64,000 nucleotides of DNA from NCBI RefSeq assembly GCF_051903065.1, contig NZ_CP178438.1. The stretch is one strand, 5' to 3'. Both the position numbers and the translations under genes were made by a program. How positions within the stretch are numbered: position 1 is the first letter of the stretch; each line of letters begins with the position of its first letter. Shown one piece after another: positions 45,616-57,580 of the stretch. The stretch comes from Escherichia coli (lineage in GTDB: Bacteria > Pseudomonadota > Gammaproteobacteria > Enterobacterales > Enterobacteriaceae). The notes beneath the pieces were generated by a model. The model was not told the origin of the DNA. It ran no database searches and saw only the letters and a program-made list of their open reading frames with translations.

Positions 45616-46521
45616 ATGAAAAAGTTATTACCCTGTACCGCACTGGTGATGTGTGCGGGAATGGCCTGCGCACAGGCCGAGGAAAAGAACGACTGGCACT
45701 TTAATATCGGCGCGATGTACGAAATAGAAAACGTCGAGGGTTATGGCGAAGATATGGATGGGCTGGCGGAGCCTTCTGTCTATTTTAATGCCGCCAACGG
45801 GCCGTGGAGAATTTCTCTGGCCTATTATCAGGAAGGGCCGGTAGATTATAGCGCGGGTAAACGTGGAACGTGGTTTGATCGCCCGGAGCTGGAGGTGCAT
45901 TATCAGTTCCTCGAAAGCGATGATTTCAGTTTCGGTCTGACCGGCGGTTTCCGTAATTATGGTTATCACTACGTTGATGAACCGGGTAAAGACACGGCGA
46001 ATATGCAGCGCTGGAAAATCGCGCCAGACTGGGATGTGAAACTGACTGACGATCTACGTTTCAACGGTTGGTTGTCGATGTATAAATTTGCCAACGATTT
46101 GAACACGACCGGTTACGCTGATACCCGTGTCGAAACGGAAACAGGTCTGCAATATACCTTCAACGAAACGGTTGCTTTGCGAGTGAACTATTATCTCGAG
46201 CGCGGCTTCAATATGGACGACAGCCGCAATAACGGTGAGTTTTCCACGCAAGAAATTCGCGCCTATTTGCCGCTGACGCTCGGCAACCACTCGGTGACGC
46301 CGTATACGCGCATTGGGCTGGATCGCTGGAGTAACTGGGACTGGCAGGATGATATTGAACGTGAAGGCCATGATTTTAACCGTGTTGGTTTATTTTACGG
46401 TTATGATTTCCAGAATGGTCTTTCCATTTCGCTGGAATACGCGTTTGAGTGGCAGGATCACGACGAAGGCGACAGCGATAAATTCCATTATGCAGGTGTC
46501 GGCGTAAATTACTCGTTCTGA
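45616..46521 (+). CDS. ompG: Outer membrane porin G
   Basis: 301-aa ORF with signal peptide and C-terminal aromatic residue (..NYSF). Confidence 0.9.
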   Translation: MKKLLPCTALVMCAGMACAQAEEKNDWHFNIGAMYEIENVEGYGEDMDGLAEPSVYFNAANGPWRISLAYYQEGPVDYSAGKRGTWFDRPELEVHYQFLESDDFSFGLTGGFRNYGYHYVDEPGKDTANMQRWKIAPDWDVKLTDDLRFNGWLSMYKFANDLNTTGYADTRVETETGLQYTFNETVALRVNYYLERGFNMDDSRNNGEFSTQEIRAYLPLTLGNHSVTPYTRIGLDRWSNWDWQDDIEREGHDFNRVGLFYGYDFQNGLSISLEYAFEWQDHDEGDSDKFHYAGVGVNYSF

Positions 46522-46534
46522 TAATGGGCTAAAT

Positions 46535-46594
46535 TGCCGGATGCGGCGCGAGTACTTTATCCGATCTATAAATGTAGGCCGGATAAGATGCGCC
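46535..46594. repeat. REP elements; the second is split by IS150 and continues at 48027..48051
   Basis: gccggatgcggcgcgag...ttatccg, then taggccggataagatgcgcc | IS150 | gccagcatcgcatccggca. Confidence 0.65.
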
Positions 46595-47124
46595 TGAACT
46601 GCACCCCAAATGTTGGACATAATCTGACATCTGAAGGTGCAGTTTATGAAACATTCATTTGAAGTAAAACTTGCCGCTGTAAATCATTACCTGGCCGGTC
46701 ATGCAGGCATCATTTCTACGGCAAAACTCTTTCAACTTTCTCACACCAGCCTCTCACACTGGATTAATCTTTTTCTTCTTCACGGTCCTCAGGCACTGGA
46801 TTGCAGACACAAGCGTAGCTATTCTCCTGAAGATAAACTTTGCGTGGTTCTTTATGCTCTCGGGCATTCTGAGTCTCTACCCCGGGTAGCTGCCCGGTTT
46901 AACATTCCCAGCCACAACATGGTTAAAAACTGGATAAAAGGCTACCGCAAATCTGGTAATGAGGCCTTTATCAGGCGCAGGAAGGAGAAAAGCATGACCC
47001 GTTCTGATGATACCCATGAAAACGAGGCAAACATGACGCCGGAAGAGATGAAGAATGAGCTGCGTTATCTTCGCGCAGAAAATGCATATCTGAAAGCCAT
47101 GCAGGAGCATCTCCTGGAAAAAAA

Positions 47125-48020
<896 letters not shown>

Positions 48021-48066
48021 TGTTCAGCCAGCATCGCATCCGGCATTCAGGCAAGGTCGCTGGTAT

Positions 48067-49065
48067 TTATTTCAGCGTCATATGCGTGGCAACGGTAATA
48101 TTTTGTGGTGACGGTTTTCCGGCAATTAAGCGGAATAATAACTCACAGCTTTGTTGACCTAACTCCTGCGTCGGAACATCGATGCCGCCCGGTGCAGGCG
48201 TTAAAATAAATGACAGCGTTTCATTGCTATAACCCACCACCGCTAACTGCTGCGGAATAGCAATGTTTTTCTCTGCCGCCGCACGATAAATGCTCATTAA
48301 TTTCAGGCTGTCAGTGGCAAACACTGCCTCAGGCAACGGTGACTGACTTAATAATTGCCGTGCTGCTTGCAGTGCTGTTTCATGGGTATAACCGCCATCA
48401 ACAATCCATTCATCACGCACTGCAATATTATGATCTTCCAGACTCTGCTTATAACCATTTACCCGATCCACTGAAACATGGACATCAAGCGGTGCATGCA
48501 GACAGGCAATATTTTGATGTCCACTTTCAATTAACGCATCGGTCAACGCAATGCTGTCACCAAAATTATCGGTATCGACAGAATAAACATGGGCATATTG
48601 ACCTTCAACTTTGCCAATCACCACCACAGGAATATCGTATTTATCAAGTTGCGCAAAAAATGACTCATCCGCTGGCGAACTTAGCATAATAATGCCTTTA
48701 ATCATTTTCTGCTTAATTTTGCTTTCACATTTTTGTAAGTCTTCTGCCGGGTTGTGCGACGTCTGCAATATCACGTCGAAACCTTCTTCTTCCGCTTTGG
48801 CGGTGATGGCATGTAGAACCTCTGAGAAAAACGGATTACCCGCCGTAGTTTTGGTTGAACGGGTAGAAATCACCATAATGGCATCAAAACCCGAAGAGGT
48901 CAGCGCGCGGGCCAGCTTGTTTGGCTGATACTGTAATTCTTCAATGGCCCGTAACACTTTTTCGCGCGCTTCCGGGGAGATATTAGTTTGCTTATTCAGC
49001 ACGCGTGATACGGTGGATTTTGATACGCCTGCAACCCTGGCAATATCATAAATAGTAGGGGACAT
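48067..49065 (-). CDS. ycjW: LacI-family transcriptional regulator
   Basis: 332-aa ORF with N-terminal HTH ([21 protein letters not shown]). Confidence 0.9.
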   Translation of the reverse strand: MSPTIYDIARVAGVSKSTVSRVLNKQTNISPEAREKVLRAIEELQYQPNKLARALTSSGFDAIMVISTRSTKTTAGNPFFSEVLHAITAKAEEEGFDVILQTSHNPAEDLQKCESKIKQKMIKGIIMLSSPADESFFAQLDKYDIPVVVIGKVEGQYAHVYSVDTDNFGDSIALTDALIESGHQNIACLHAPLDVHVSVDRVNGYKQSLEDHNIAVRDEWIVDGGYTHETALQAARQLLSQSPLPEAVFATDSLKLMSIYRAAAEKNIAIPQQLAVVGYSNETLSFILTPAPGGIDVPTQELGQQSCELLFRLIAGKPSPQNITVATHMTLK

Positions 49066-49219
49066 AGGTCAGGAACTCCGTCCGAACGTGAATGCTGCAC
49101 ATCTTATGGAGTTCGCCCGTCGATGACAACACGGGCAGTTGATAATCAATGGCCTGGCCCCCACATTCATATCCTTACGAACGATTTTTTTCTGGTCTTC
49201 AGAGCAGCACAGGACAGCA

Positions 49220-50617
49220 ATGAAGCGACTTAAAAATGAACTTAATGCGCTGGTGAATCGGGGTGTCGACAGACATCTGCGCCTCGCCGTAACCGGACTT
49301 AGCCGCAGCGGCAAAACGGCGTTTATCACTGCGATGGTCAATCAGTTGCTCAATATTCACGCCGGAGCACGCTTGCCGCTGTTAAGCGCGGTGCGTGAAG
49401 AACGGCTGCTGGGCGTAAAACGCATTCCCCAGCGTGACTTTGGCATTCCGCGCTTCACCTATGATGAAGGGCTGGCGCAGTTATATGGCGATCCACCTGC
49501 CTGGCCAACGCCAACGCGCGGCGTCAGCGAAATTCGCCTGGCGCTACGTTTTAAATCGAACGATTCGCTGCTACGCCACTTTAAGGATACCTCCACGCTG
49601 TATCTGGAGATTGTGGATTATCCCGGCGAATGGTTGCTCGACCTGCCGATGCTGGCGCAGGACTATTTAAGCTGGTCGCGCCAGATGACGGGCTTACTTA
49701 ATGGTCAGCGCGGCGAATGGTCGGCGAAATGGCGAATGATGTGCGAAGGGCTGGACCCGCTAGCGCCTGCCGACGAAAACCGGCTGGCAGACATTGCCGC
49801 CGCGTGGACCGATTATCTCCACCACTGTAAACAGCAGGGGCTGCACTTTATTCAGCCAGGGCGCTTTGTCTTGCCGGGAGATATGGCAGGTGCGCCCGCG
49901 CTGCAATTCTTCCCGTGGCCGGATGTCGATGCCTGGGGCGAGTCCAAACTCGCGCAGGTCGATAAGCACACCAATGCCGGAATGCTGCGCGAGCGGTTTA
50001 ATTATTACTGCGAGAAAGTGGTGAAGGGGTTCTATAAGAATCATTTTCTGCGCTTTGACCGCCAGATTGTGCTGGTGGATTGCCTGCAACCTCTCAACAG
50101 TGGGCCACAGGCATTTAATGATATGCGTCTGGCGCTGACGCAGCTGATGCAAAGTTTCCACTACGGGCAGCGTACCCTGTTCAGGCGTTTGTTTTCGCCG
50201 GTTATCGATAAGCTATTGTTTGCTGCCACTAAAGCGGACCATGTGACCATTGATCAGCACGCCAATATGGTTTCATTGCTGCAACAACTAATTCAGGATG
50301 CCTGGCAAAATGCGGCGTTCGAAGGGATCAGCATGGATTGCCTGGGGTTGGCGTCAGTTCAGGCGACCACCAGTGGCATTATTGATGTTAACGGTGAGAA
50401 AATCCCGGCGCTGCGCGGTAATCGACTTAGCGATGGCGCACCGCTCACTGTTTATCCTGGCGAAGTTCCCGCACGTTTGCCTGGTCAGGCGTTCTGGGAT
50501 AAGCAAGGCTTCCAGTTTGAGGCATTTCGTCCGCAGGTGATGGATGTCGACAAACCCCTACCGCATATTCGTCTTGATGCTGCGCTGGAATTTTTAATAG
50601 GAGATAAATTGCGATGA
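49220..50617 (+). CDS. ycjX: P-loop NTPase of unknown function (DUF463)
   Basis: ORF 49139..50617; start set at [11 protein letters not shown]...; Walker A GLSRSGKT. Confidence 0.85.
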   Translation: MKRLKNELNALVNRGVDRHLRLAVTGLSRSGKTAFITAMVNQLLNIHAGARLPLLSAVREERLLGVKRIPQRDFGIPRFTYDEGLAQLYGDPPAWPTPTRGVSEIRLALRFKSNDSLLRHFKDTSTLYLEIVDYPGEWLLDLPMLAQDYLSWSRQMTGLLNGQRGEWSAKWRMMCEGLDPLAPADENRLADIAAAWTDYLHHCKQQGLHFIQPGRFVLPGDMAGAPALQFFPWPDVDAWGESKLAQVDKHTNAGMLRERFNYYCEKVVKGFYKNHFLRFDRQIVLVDCLQPLNSGPQAFNDMRLALTQLMQSFHYGQRTLFRRLFSPVIDKLLFAATKADHVTIDQHANMVSLLQQLIQDAWQNAAFEGISMDCLGLASVQATTSGIIDVNGEKIPALRGNRLSDGAPLTVYPGEVPARLPGQAFWDKQGFQFEAFRPQVMDVDKPLPHIRLDAALEFLIGDKLR

Positions 50618-51675
50618 CCGAACCGTTAAAACCACGTATTGATTTCGACGGTCCGCTGGAGGTCGATCAGAATCCAAAATTCAGGGCGCAGCAGACCTTT
50701 GACGAAACTCAGGCGCAAAATTTTGCCCCGGCCACGCTCGACGAAGCGCAGGAAGAAGAGGGGCAAGTCGAAGCGGTAATGGACGCAGCGTTACGTCCGA
50801 AACGCAGCCTGTGGCGCAAAATGGTGATGGGCGGGCTGGCTCTGTTTGGCGCAAGCGTTGTCGGGCAGGGTATACAGTGGACAATGAATGCCTGGCAAAC
50901 TCAGGACTGGGTGGCGCTGGGTGGATGTGCCGCTGGGGCATTGATTATCGGCGCTGGCGTAGGTTCTGTGGTAACAGAGTGGCGGCGCTTATGGCGCTTG
51001 CGACAGCGCGCCCATGAACGCGACGAAGCGCGTGATTTATTGCATAGCCACGGAACCGGCAAAGGCCGCGCATTTTGCGAAAAACTGGCGCAGCAGGCGG
51101 GCATCGATCAGTCACATCCGGCGCTGCAACGCTGGTATGCCTCAATCCATGAAACGCAAAACGACCGTGAAGTGGTCAGTTTGTATGCGCATTTGGTCCA
51201 GCCAGTTTTAGATGCCCAGGCGCGGCGCGAAATCAGCCGCTCAGCAGCGGAATCAACGTTGATGATTGCGGTCAGTCCGCTGGCGCTGGTGGATATGGCA
51301 TTTATCGCCTGGCGCAATCTGCGTTTGATTAATCGCATCGCCACGCTGTATGGCATTGAACTGGGATATTACAGCCGTTTGCGCCTGTTCAAGCTGGTAT
51401 TGCTGAATATCGCTTTCGCCGGAGCCAGCGAATTGGTGCGCGAAGTGGGGATGGACTGGATGTCGCAAGATCTCGCTGCTCGTTTGTCTACCCGCGCAGC
51501 TCAGGGGATTGGTGCTGGGCTTCTGACGGCACGACTCGGGATTAAAGCTATGGAGCTTTGCCGCCCACTGCCGTGGATTGACGATGACAAACCTCGCCTC
51601 GGGGATTTCCGTCGTCAGCTTATCGGTCAGGTGAAAGAAACGCTGCAAAAAGGCAAAACGCCCAGCGAAAAATAA
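50614..51675 (+). CDS. ycjF: Inner-membrane protein of unknown function (DUF697)
   Basis: 353-aa ORF; ATGA overlap with the ycjX stop. Confidence 0.85.
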   Translation: MTEPLKPRIDFDGPLEVDQNPKFRAQQTFDETQAQNFAPATLDEAQEEEGQVEAVMDAALRPKRSLWRKMVMGGLALFGASVVGQGIQWTMNAWQTQDWVALGGCAAGALIIGAGVGSVVTEWRRLWRLRQRAHERDEARDLLHSHGTGKGRAFCEKLAQQAGIDQSHPALQRWYASIHETQNDREVVSLYAHLVQPVLDAQARREISRSAAESTLMIAVSPLALVDMAFIAWRNLRLINRIATLYGIELGYYSRLRLFKLVLLNIAFAGASELVREVGMDWMSQDLAARLSTRAAQGIGAGLLTARLGIKAMELCRPLPWIDDDKPRLGDFRRQLIGQVKETLQKGKTPSEK

Positions 51676-51734
51676 TGCAATATCGGGTGCTGACCGGATA
51701 TCTTTACGCCGAAGTGCCCGTTTTTCCGTCTTTG

Positions 51735-51752
51735 TGTCAATGATTGTTGACA
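51735..51752. promoter_or_regulatory. TyrR box-like palindrome TGTCAA-N6-TTGACA upstream of tyrR
   Basis: Perfect palindrome about 70 bp upstream of the tyrR start; fits TGTAAA-N6-TTTACA TyrR-box architecture. Confidence 0.6.
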
Positions 51753-51822
51753 GAAACCTTCCTGCTATCCAAATAGTGTCATATCATCATATTAATTGTT
51801 CTTTTTTCAGGTGAAGGTTCCC

Positions 51823-53364
51823 ATGCGTCTGGAAGTCTTTTGTGAAGACCGACTCGGTCTGACCCGCGAATTACTCGATCTACTCGTGCTAAGAGGCATT
51901 GATTTACGCGGTATTGAGATTGATCCCATTGGGCGAATCTACCTCAATTTTGCTGAACTGGAGTTTGAGAGTTTCAGCAGTCTGATGGCCGAAATACGCC
52001 GTATTGCAGGTGTTACCGATGTGCGTACTGTCCCGTGGATGCCTTCCGAACGTGAGCATCTGGCGTTGAGCGCGTTACTGGAGGCGTTGCCCGAACCTGT
52101 GCTCTCTGTCGATATGAAAAGCAAAGTGGATATGGCGAACCCGGCGAGCTGTCAGCTTTTTGGGCAAAAATTGGATCGCCTGCGCAACCATACCGCCGCA
52201 CAATTGATTAACGGCTTTAATTTTTTACGTTGGCTGGAAAGCGAACCGCAAGATTCGCATAACGAGCATGTCGTTATTAATGGGCAGAATTTCCTGATGG
52301 AGATTACGCCTGTTTATCTTCAGGATGAAAATGATCAACACGTCCTGACCGGTGCGGTGGTGATGTTGCGATCAACGATTCGTATGGGCCGTCAGTTGCA
52401 AAATGTCGCCGCCCTGGACGTCAGCGCCTTCAGTCAAATTGTCGCCGTCAGCCCGAAAATGAAGCATGTTGTCGAACAGGCGCAGAAACTGGCGATGCTA
52501 AGCGCGCCGCTGCTGATTACGGGTGACACAGGTACAGGTAAAGATCTTTTTGCCTACGCCTGCCATCAGGCAAGCCCCAGAGCGGGCAAACCTTACCTGG
52601 CGCTGAATTGCGCGTCTATACCGGAAGATGCGGTCGAGAGTGAATTGTTTGGTCATGCTCCGGAAGGGAAGAAAGGATTCTTTGAGCAGGCGAACGGTGG
52701 TTCGGTGCTGTTGGATGAAATAGGGGAAATGTCACCGCGGATGCAGGCGAAATTACTGCGTTTCCTTAATGATGGTACTTTCCGTCGGGTTGGTGAAGAC
52801 CATGAGGTGCATGTCGATGTGCGGGTGATTTGCGCTACGCAGAAGAATCTGGTCGAACTGGTGCAAAAAGGCATGTTCCGTGAAGATCTCTATTATCGTC
52901 TGAACGTGTTGACGCTTAATCTGCCGCCGCTACGTGACTGTCCGCAGGACATCATGCCGTTAACCGAGCTGTTCGTTGCCCGCTTTGCCGACGAGCAGGG
53001 CGTGCCGCGTCCGAAACTGGCCGCTGACCTGAATACTGTACTTACGCGTTATGCGTGGCCGGGAAATGTGCGGCAGTTAAAGAACGCTATCTATCGCGCA
53101 CTGACACAACTGGACGGCTATGAGCTGCGTCCTCAGGATATTTTGTTGCCGGATTATGACGCCGCAACGGTAGCCGTGGGCGAAGATGCGATGGAAGGTT
53201 CGCTGGACGAAATTACCAGCCGTTTTGAACGCTCGGTATTAACCCAGCTTTATCGCAATTATCCCAGCACGCGCAAACTGGCAAAACGTCTCGGCGTTTC
53301 ACATACCGCGATTGCCAATAAGTTGCGGGAATATGGCTTAAGCCAGAAGAAGAACGAAGAGTAA
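51823..53364 (+). CDS. tyrR: Transcriptional regulator of aromatic amino acid biosynthesis and transport
   Basis: ORF 51796..53364; start set at MRLEVFCEDRLGL...; sigma-54-activator-like central domain and C-terminal HTH. Confidence 0.9.
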   Translation: MRLEVFCEDRLGLTRELLDLLVLRGIDLRGIEIDPIGRIYLNFAELEFESFSSLMAEIRRIAGVTDVRTVPWMPSEREHLALSALLEALPEPVLSVDMKSKVDMANPASCQLFGQKLDRLRNHTAAQLINGFNFLRWLESEPQDSHNEHVVINGQNFLMEITPVYLQDENDQHVLTGAVVMLRSTIRMGRQLQNVAALDVSAFSQIVAVSPKMKHVVEQAQKLAMLSAPLLITGDTGTGKDLFAYACHQASPRAGKPYLALNCASIPEDAVESELFGHAPEGKKGFFEQANGGSVLLDEIGEMSPRMQAKLLRFLNDGTFRRVGEDHEVHVDVRVICATQKNLVELVQKGMFREDLYYRLNVLTLNLPPLRDCPQDIMPLTELFVARFADEQGVPRPKLAADLNTVLTRYAWPGNVRQLKNAIYRALTQLDGYELRPQDILLPDYDAATVAVGEDAMEGSLDEITSRFERSVLTQLYRNYPSTRKLAKRLGVSHTAIANKLREYGLSQKKNEE

Positions 53365-53369
53365 GCGCG

Positions 53370-53404
53370 AATATGCCTGATGGTGCAACACCATCAGGCA
53401 TATT
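53370..53404. terminator. Perfect 16-bp inverted repeat (aatatgcctgatggtg caa caccatcaggcatatt) between convergent tyrR and tpx
   Basis: Read directly in sequence. Confidence 0.7.
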
Positions 53405-53407
53405 AAC

Positions 53408-53914
53408 TTATGCTTTCAGTACAGCCAGAGCTGCTTCGTAATCCGGCTCGGTGGTGATTTCATCCACCAGCTGGCTGAAAATCACATTGTCATTTTCGTC
53501 AATAACCACAACGGCACGCGCTGCCAGACCTTTCAGTGGGCCATCAGCAATTGCCACACCGTAGGCTTGCAGGAATTCAGCGTTACGGAAAGTGGAGAGG
53601 GTGATAACGTTGTTCAGACCTTCTGCGCCGCAGAAACGAGACTGGGCGAACGGCAGATCGGCAGAGATACACAGCACAACGGTGTTGTCGATCTCGGTTG
53701 CCAGTTGGTTAAACTTACGTACTGATGCGGCGCAAACACCGGTATCAATACTCGGGAAAATGTTCAGCACTTTGCGTTTACCCGCAAACTGACCGAGGGT
53801 GACGTCAGACAGATCTTTTGCCACGAGAGTAAAAGTCTGCGCTTTGCTACCCGCCTGCGGGATGGAATTGGCGACTGTAACCGGGTTGCCCTGGAAATGA
53901 ACGGTTTGTGACAT
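53408..53914 (-). CDS. tpx: Thiol peroxidase (atypical 2-Cys peroxiredoxin)
   Basis: 168-aa ORF recognised as Tpx. Confidence 0.95.
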   Translation of the reverse strand: MSQTVHFQGNPVTVANSIPQAGSKAQTFTLVAKDLSDVTLGQFAGKRKVLNIFPSIDTGVCAASVRKFNQLATEIDNTVVLCISADLPFAQSRFCGAEGLNNVITLSTFRNAEFLQAYGVAIADGPLKGLAARAVVVIDENDNVIFSQLVDEITTEPDYEAALAVLKA

Positions 53915-54032
53915 GATTATCTTTCCTGTTTACATATAGTTAACGTCACACCTAGTTTATGCTAACTGTCAATAACACAGCAAACGCTATTTGCGCTTAA
54001 TCCGCAGACCACCGCGACAACAAGGAGTAAAG

Positions 54033-54998
54033 ATGAGAACCGTTAAGGTATTTGAGGAAGCCTGGCCCTTACATACCCCGTTTGTGATTGCCCGGGGAAG
54101 TCGCAGTGAAGCGCGCGTGGTGGTGGTTGAACTGGAAGAAGAGGGTATTAAAGGCACCGGCGAATGCACGCCGTATCCGCGTTATGGAGAAAGTGATGCC
54201 TCGGTAATGGCGCAAATTATGAGCGTCGTACCGCAATTAGAGAAAGGGCTGACACGGGAGGAGTTGCAAAAAATTCTCCCTGCCGGCGCAGCACGTAATG
54301 CGCTGGATTGTGCATTGTGGGATCTGGCGGCGCGAAAACAGCAGCAATCGCTGGCTGATTTGATCGGCATAACGCTTCCCGAGACAGTCACCACTGCACA
54401 GACGGTAGTCATCGGTACGCCTGATCAGATGGCCAATAGCGCATCAACACTCTGGCAGGCCGGCGCGAAATTATTGAAAGTGAAGCTGGATAACCATCTT
54501 ATCAGTGAGCGGATGGTGGCAATTCGCACAGCTGTGCCCGATGCCACGCTGATCGTTGATGCAAATGAATCATGGCGTGCAGAAGGGTTGGCGGCACGTT
54601 GCCAGCTATTGGCGGATTTAGGCGTTGCTATGCTTGAACAACCGCTTCCTGCGCAGGACGATGCGGCACTGGAGAATTTTATTCATCCGTTACCGATTTG
54701 TGCTGATGAAAGTTGTCATACTCGTAGCAATCTGAAGGCGCTGAAAGGGCGCTATGAGATGGTTAACATTAAGCTCGATAAAACCGGGGGTCTGACGGAA
54801 GCGCTGGCGCTGGCGACTGAAGCACGTGCACAAGGTTTTCGTCTGATGCTGGGCTGCATGTTGTGTACCTCTCGTGCCATTAGCGCCGCTTTACCGCTGG
54901 TGCCGCAGGTCAGTTTCGCCGATCTTGACGGACCGACCTGGCTGGCGGTAGATGTGGAACCGGCGCTTCAGTTCACGACGGGCGAATTGCATCTTTAG
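54033..54998 (+). CDS. ycjG: L-Ala-D/L-Glu epimerase (enolase superfamily)
   Basis: ORF 53991..54998; start set at MRTVKVFEEAWPL... Confidence 0.85.
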   Translation: MRTVKVFEEAWPLHTPFVIARGSRSEARVVVVELEEEGIKGTGECTPYPRYGESDASVMAQIMSVVPQLEKGLTREELQKILPAGAARNALDCALWDLAARKQQQSLADLIGITLPETVTTAQTVVIGTPDQMANSASTLWQAGAKLLKVKLDNHLISERMVAIRTAVPDATLIVDANESWRAEGLAARCQLLADLGVAMLEQPLPAQDDAALENFIHPLPICADESCHTRSNLKALKGRYEMVNIKLDKTGGLTEALALATEARAQGFRLMLGCMLCTSRAISAALPLVPQVSFADLDGPTWLAVDVEPALQFTTGELHL

Positions 54999-55701
54999 GA
55001 TGCCAGCGCAGCAAGTTTGCCATCGCAAAGAGATATTTTTCGCTGGCTTCGTCGGAGGAGATGGGCGGAAACTCTGCGGTGATGCAATGCAAGTTCAGAT
55101 CTGCACACCAACTGCCGAAAGAGCCAGGCGTTTCATAACCGACGCTGGTTACCAGAGGCAATTCAAACGCCTGAGCCAGCCATTCGCCTAATTCGCTGTG
55201 TCTGGGATCTTCAATACAGGCCAGTGGATCGTGGAATGAGACCACCCAGGCAGGTTGAATGCGGTGTATAAGCTGGCACAGCGCCTGGGTTTCAGGTTCG
55301 GAGCCAGGTTTGTCACCAGTCAGTAATACGACATCACGTTCTTCAGCGGCGCTGTTCCAGCGATAAACCGTTTCACCTTCCTTCCAGTTTGCCGCCGGAA
55401 AGTTTCTGTTTAAATCCACACCATTAGCATTGGCCCGTAACCCCAGCTGGCAGCCGTCAGGATTCACACACAGCACCACATGATGGCGGCGCAAAGAAGG
55501 TGTCAAAGTCCGCAGAGCACAGGAGAGCGTGACGACCGAAGAGTTTTCATCACCGTGAGTGCCAGCCAGAATCAAACCACTTTCGCGACTGGCTGCAGGG
55601 GCCGGAAACCAGATTAACGGCGCGCCCAATAATGAACGTCCGTAATGTTCTGTTCCGGGCGGAAATGCGCCGCGTTCGGCGCGTGGGCGGGTTACGGTCA
55701 T
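54973..55701 (-). CDS. mpaA: Murein tripeptide amidase (gamma-D-Glu-Dap amidase, M14-like)
   Basis: ORF 54973..55761; start set at MTVTRPRAERG... (242 aa); overlaps the 3' end of ycjG on the opposite strand. Confidence 0.85.
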   Translation of the reverse strand: MTVTRPRAERGAFPPGTEHYGRSLLGAPLIWFPAPAASRESGLILAGTHGDENSSVVTLSCALRTLTPSLRRHHVVLCVNPDGCQLGLRANANGVDLNRNFPAANWKEGETVYRWNSAAEERDVVLLTGDKPGSEPETQALCQLIHRIQPAWVVSFHDPLACIEDPRHSELGEWLAQAFELPLVTSVGYETPGSFGSWCADLNLHCITAEFPPISSDEASEKYLFAMANLLRWHPKDAIRPS

Positions 55702-55991
55702 GATCGTCTCTGGTTCAGGAAGTATTACAGGCAGTGTTGTGCAAATTTTGCGGATTATCAAATCCTTTTCTTCAACGCTATGTCATCGATCTTGTATCAC
55801 TTTTTTGCCGGAAGTTGTTTGTATTTTTATTGATGTGCAGATATTAGAATTGTCGTAATGTTATATACATGGCGTATTTTATTCTTACTGGTTCTACACA
55901 TGTTAATCGCATCTGATTGATCAGTTCACCTTAATAAGTTTAATAAATCGTACTGCACATAGTACAGTACGATGGTGGCTATATAATTGAT

Positions 55992-56642
55992 TTACATGAA
56001 GAATGGCTTATCGCCATCAGTCCCGGGTTGATTGATGCCTATATTCTCACCAATGTGTTTCTCAGGTTTATCGATGATATCTGTAATTAATGCTGCGACA
56101 CTCTTACGTGATACGATCGTACCTTTGAATGGTTCATTGCGTGAGGTAAGCTCATAATCAATAATATCTTCATCCGTCAGCCAGGCAGGGCGAAGAATTG
56201 TATAATCCAGTCCAGAAGCCTCAATTGCATCCGCAGCCCTGCGGAATGGTTTTAGGGGCTCACCAATAACTGCATTATTCCATTCGCCAAATTTTCCTGG
56301 AACTTCATCATAAATGCCGAGGGAAAGAACAAAGATCAGACGTTTAACATCACAGGCTTTCATCGCAGCGATCACTGAATTTGCCTGAATATCTAAATCT
56401 TCCCCCGTAAGGTTGGCATACACAATATCCTGTCCCTGCATGGCCTGCTTCAGTGCTGCATGATTCAGTACATCCCCCATAATAATCTGGCTATTAGTTG
56501 GATAGGGTTTGTGTATTTTTGCTGGCTGACGAGCAAATAAAGTTTGTTTAATGGTTTGTTTATCTGCCAGTTGATTAATCACATGGCGGGCTATCTGACC
56601 GCCAGCACCAAGAATGAGTACTTTTTTCATAATATTTCTCAT
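55992..56642 (-). CDS. ymjC: NAD(P)-binding (NmrA/SDR-like) protein, apparently intact ymjC homolog
   Basis: 216-aa ORF with Rossmann motif ILGAGGQIARH. Confidence 0.7.
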   Translation of the reverse strand: MRNIMKKVLILGAGGQIARHVINQLADKQTIKQTLFARQPAKIHKPYPTNSQIIMGDVLNHAALKQAMQGQDIVYANLTGEDLDIQANSVIAAMKACDVKRLIFVLSLGIYDEVPGKFGEWNNAVIGEPLKPFRRAADAIEASGLDYTILRPAWLTDEDIIDYELTSRNEPFKGTIVSRKSVAALITDIIDKPEKHIGENIGINQPGTDGDKPFFM

Positions 56643-56647
56643 GAAAC

Positions 56648-57580
56648 TTATCCCAGATGGGTGTTGAAAAAAGGAATAACTTTTTCCAGCGCCTCCTGAA
56701 CTGCTTCCGGTTTGTCATACAGTTCATAATGTGAGAAATCGGGTAATGAAACTAACTGACGATCCTGCGAAACCATCGCCCGGCCATAGACTTCCAGTCC
56801 ATCACGATAAGCACCGAAGGCACCGACTTTTTCACCAACTACTACCATCACCGGCTGAGTCAGTAACACTTCAGTAAATGCGAAGGCATCCCAGGCCAGC
56901 GTTTTCTGTGCATGTGAGAACAACATTTTTGTCGCACCTCCCGGTTGTTGCCCGCGTGGTGTTTTATAGTAGTCAGTTGCTTCATAAACATCGCGTTCGG
57001 TCAGTCCATGGGCTTTTGCTGCATCCAGGCTGGCGGGAAGTAATTCGTTGATCTGTAATTCTCCACCACGAGCCTCTTTGGTTCGTTGCGACGCCATTGC
57101 ATTCAATGCGCCAATCGGATCGTAATTGCTGAAACCTTCCCGAAAAAGACGCCCGATATTAACACCCGTAATACTCACTACAGCTTTAATTCGTTTTTCT
57201 GTCAGCGCGGCATTAATGGCATAGCCCCTCCCCCCACACACACCCAGCACGCCAATGCGTTCAGCATCAACATATGGCAGAGTTACTGCATAATCGATAA
57301 CACGGCTAATATCCTCTACGCGCTGTGTCGGATCTTCTATCCAACGAGGCTCCCCACCAGATTCTCCCTGGAAATTGGCGTCATAAGCGAGAACGACATA
57401 GCCTTTTTCAGCCAATGCCTTGCCATAGATATTGCCAGACGTCTGCTCCTTACAACTGCCAAAAGGATGGACGCTGATAATCGCCGGATACTGTTTTGAC
57501 TCATCAAAATTTGGTGGAAACTGAATATTGGCAGCAATATGCCAGGCCATATCACTATTGCGGATTTGAATATGTTTCAT
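56648..57580 (-). CDS. Alpha/beta hydrolase (dienelactone-hydrolase-like, Cys nucleophile GVCGG)
   Basis: 310-aa ORF; paralog of the adjacent upstream gene. Confidence 0.75.
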   Translation of the reverse strand: MKHIQIRNSDMAWHIAANIQFPPNFDESKQYPAIISVHPFGSCKEQTSGNIYGKALAEKGYVVLAYDANFQGESGGEPRWIEDPTQRVEDISRVIDYAVTLPYVDAERIGVLGVCGGRGYAINAALTEKRIKAVVSITGVNIGRLFREGFSNYDPIGALNAMASQRTKEARGGELQINELLPASLDAAKAHGLTERDVYEATDYYKTPRGQQPGGATKMLFSHAQKTLAWDAFAFTEVLLTQPVMVVVGEKVGAFGAYRDGLEVYGRAMVSQDRQLVSLPDFSHYELYDKPEAVQEALEKVIPFFNTHLG

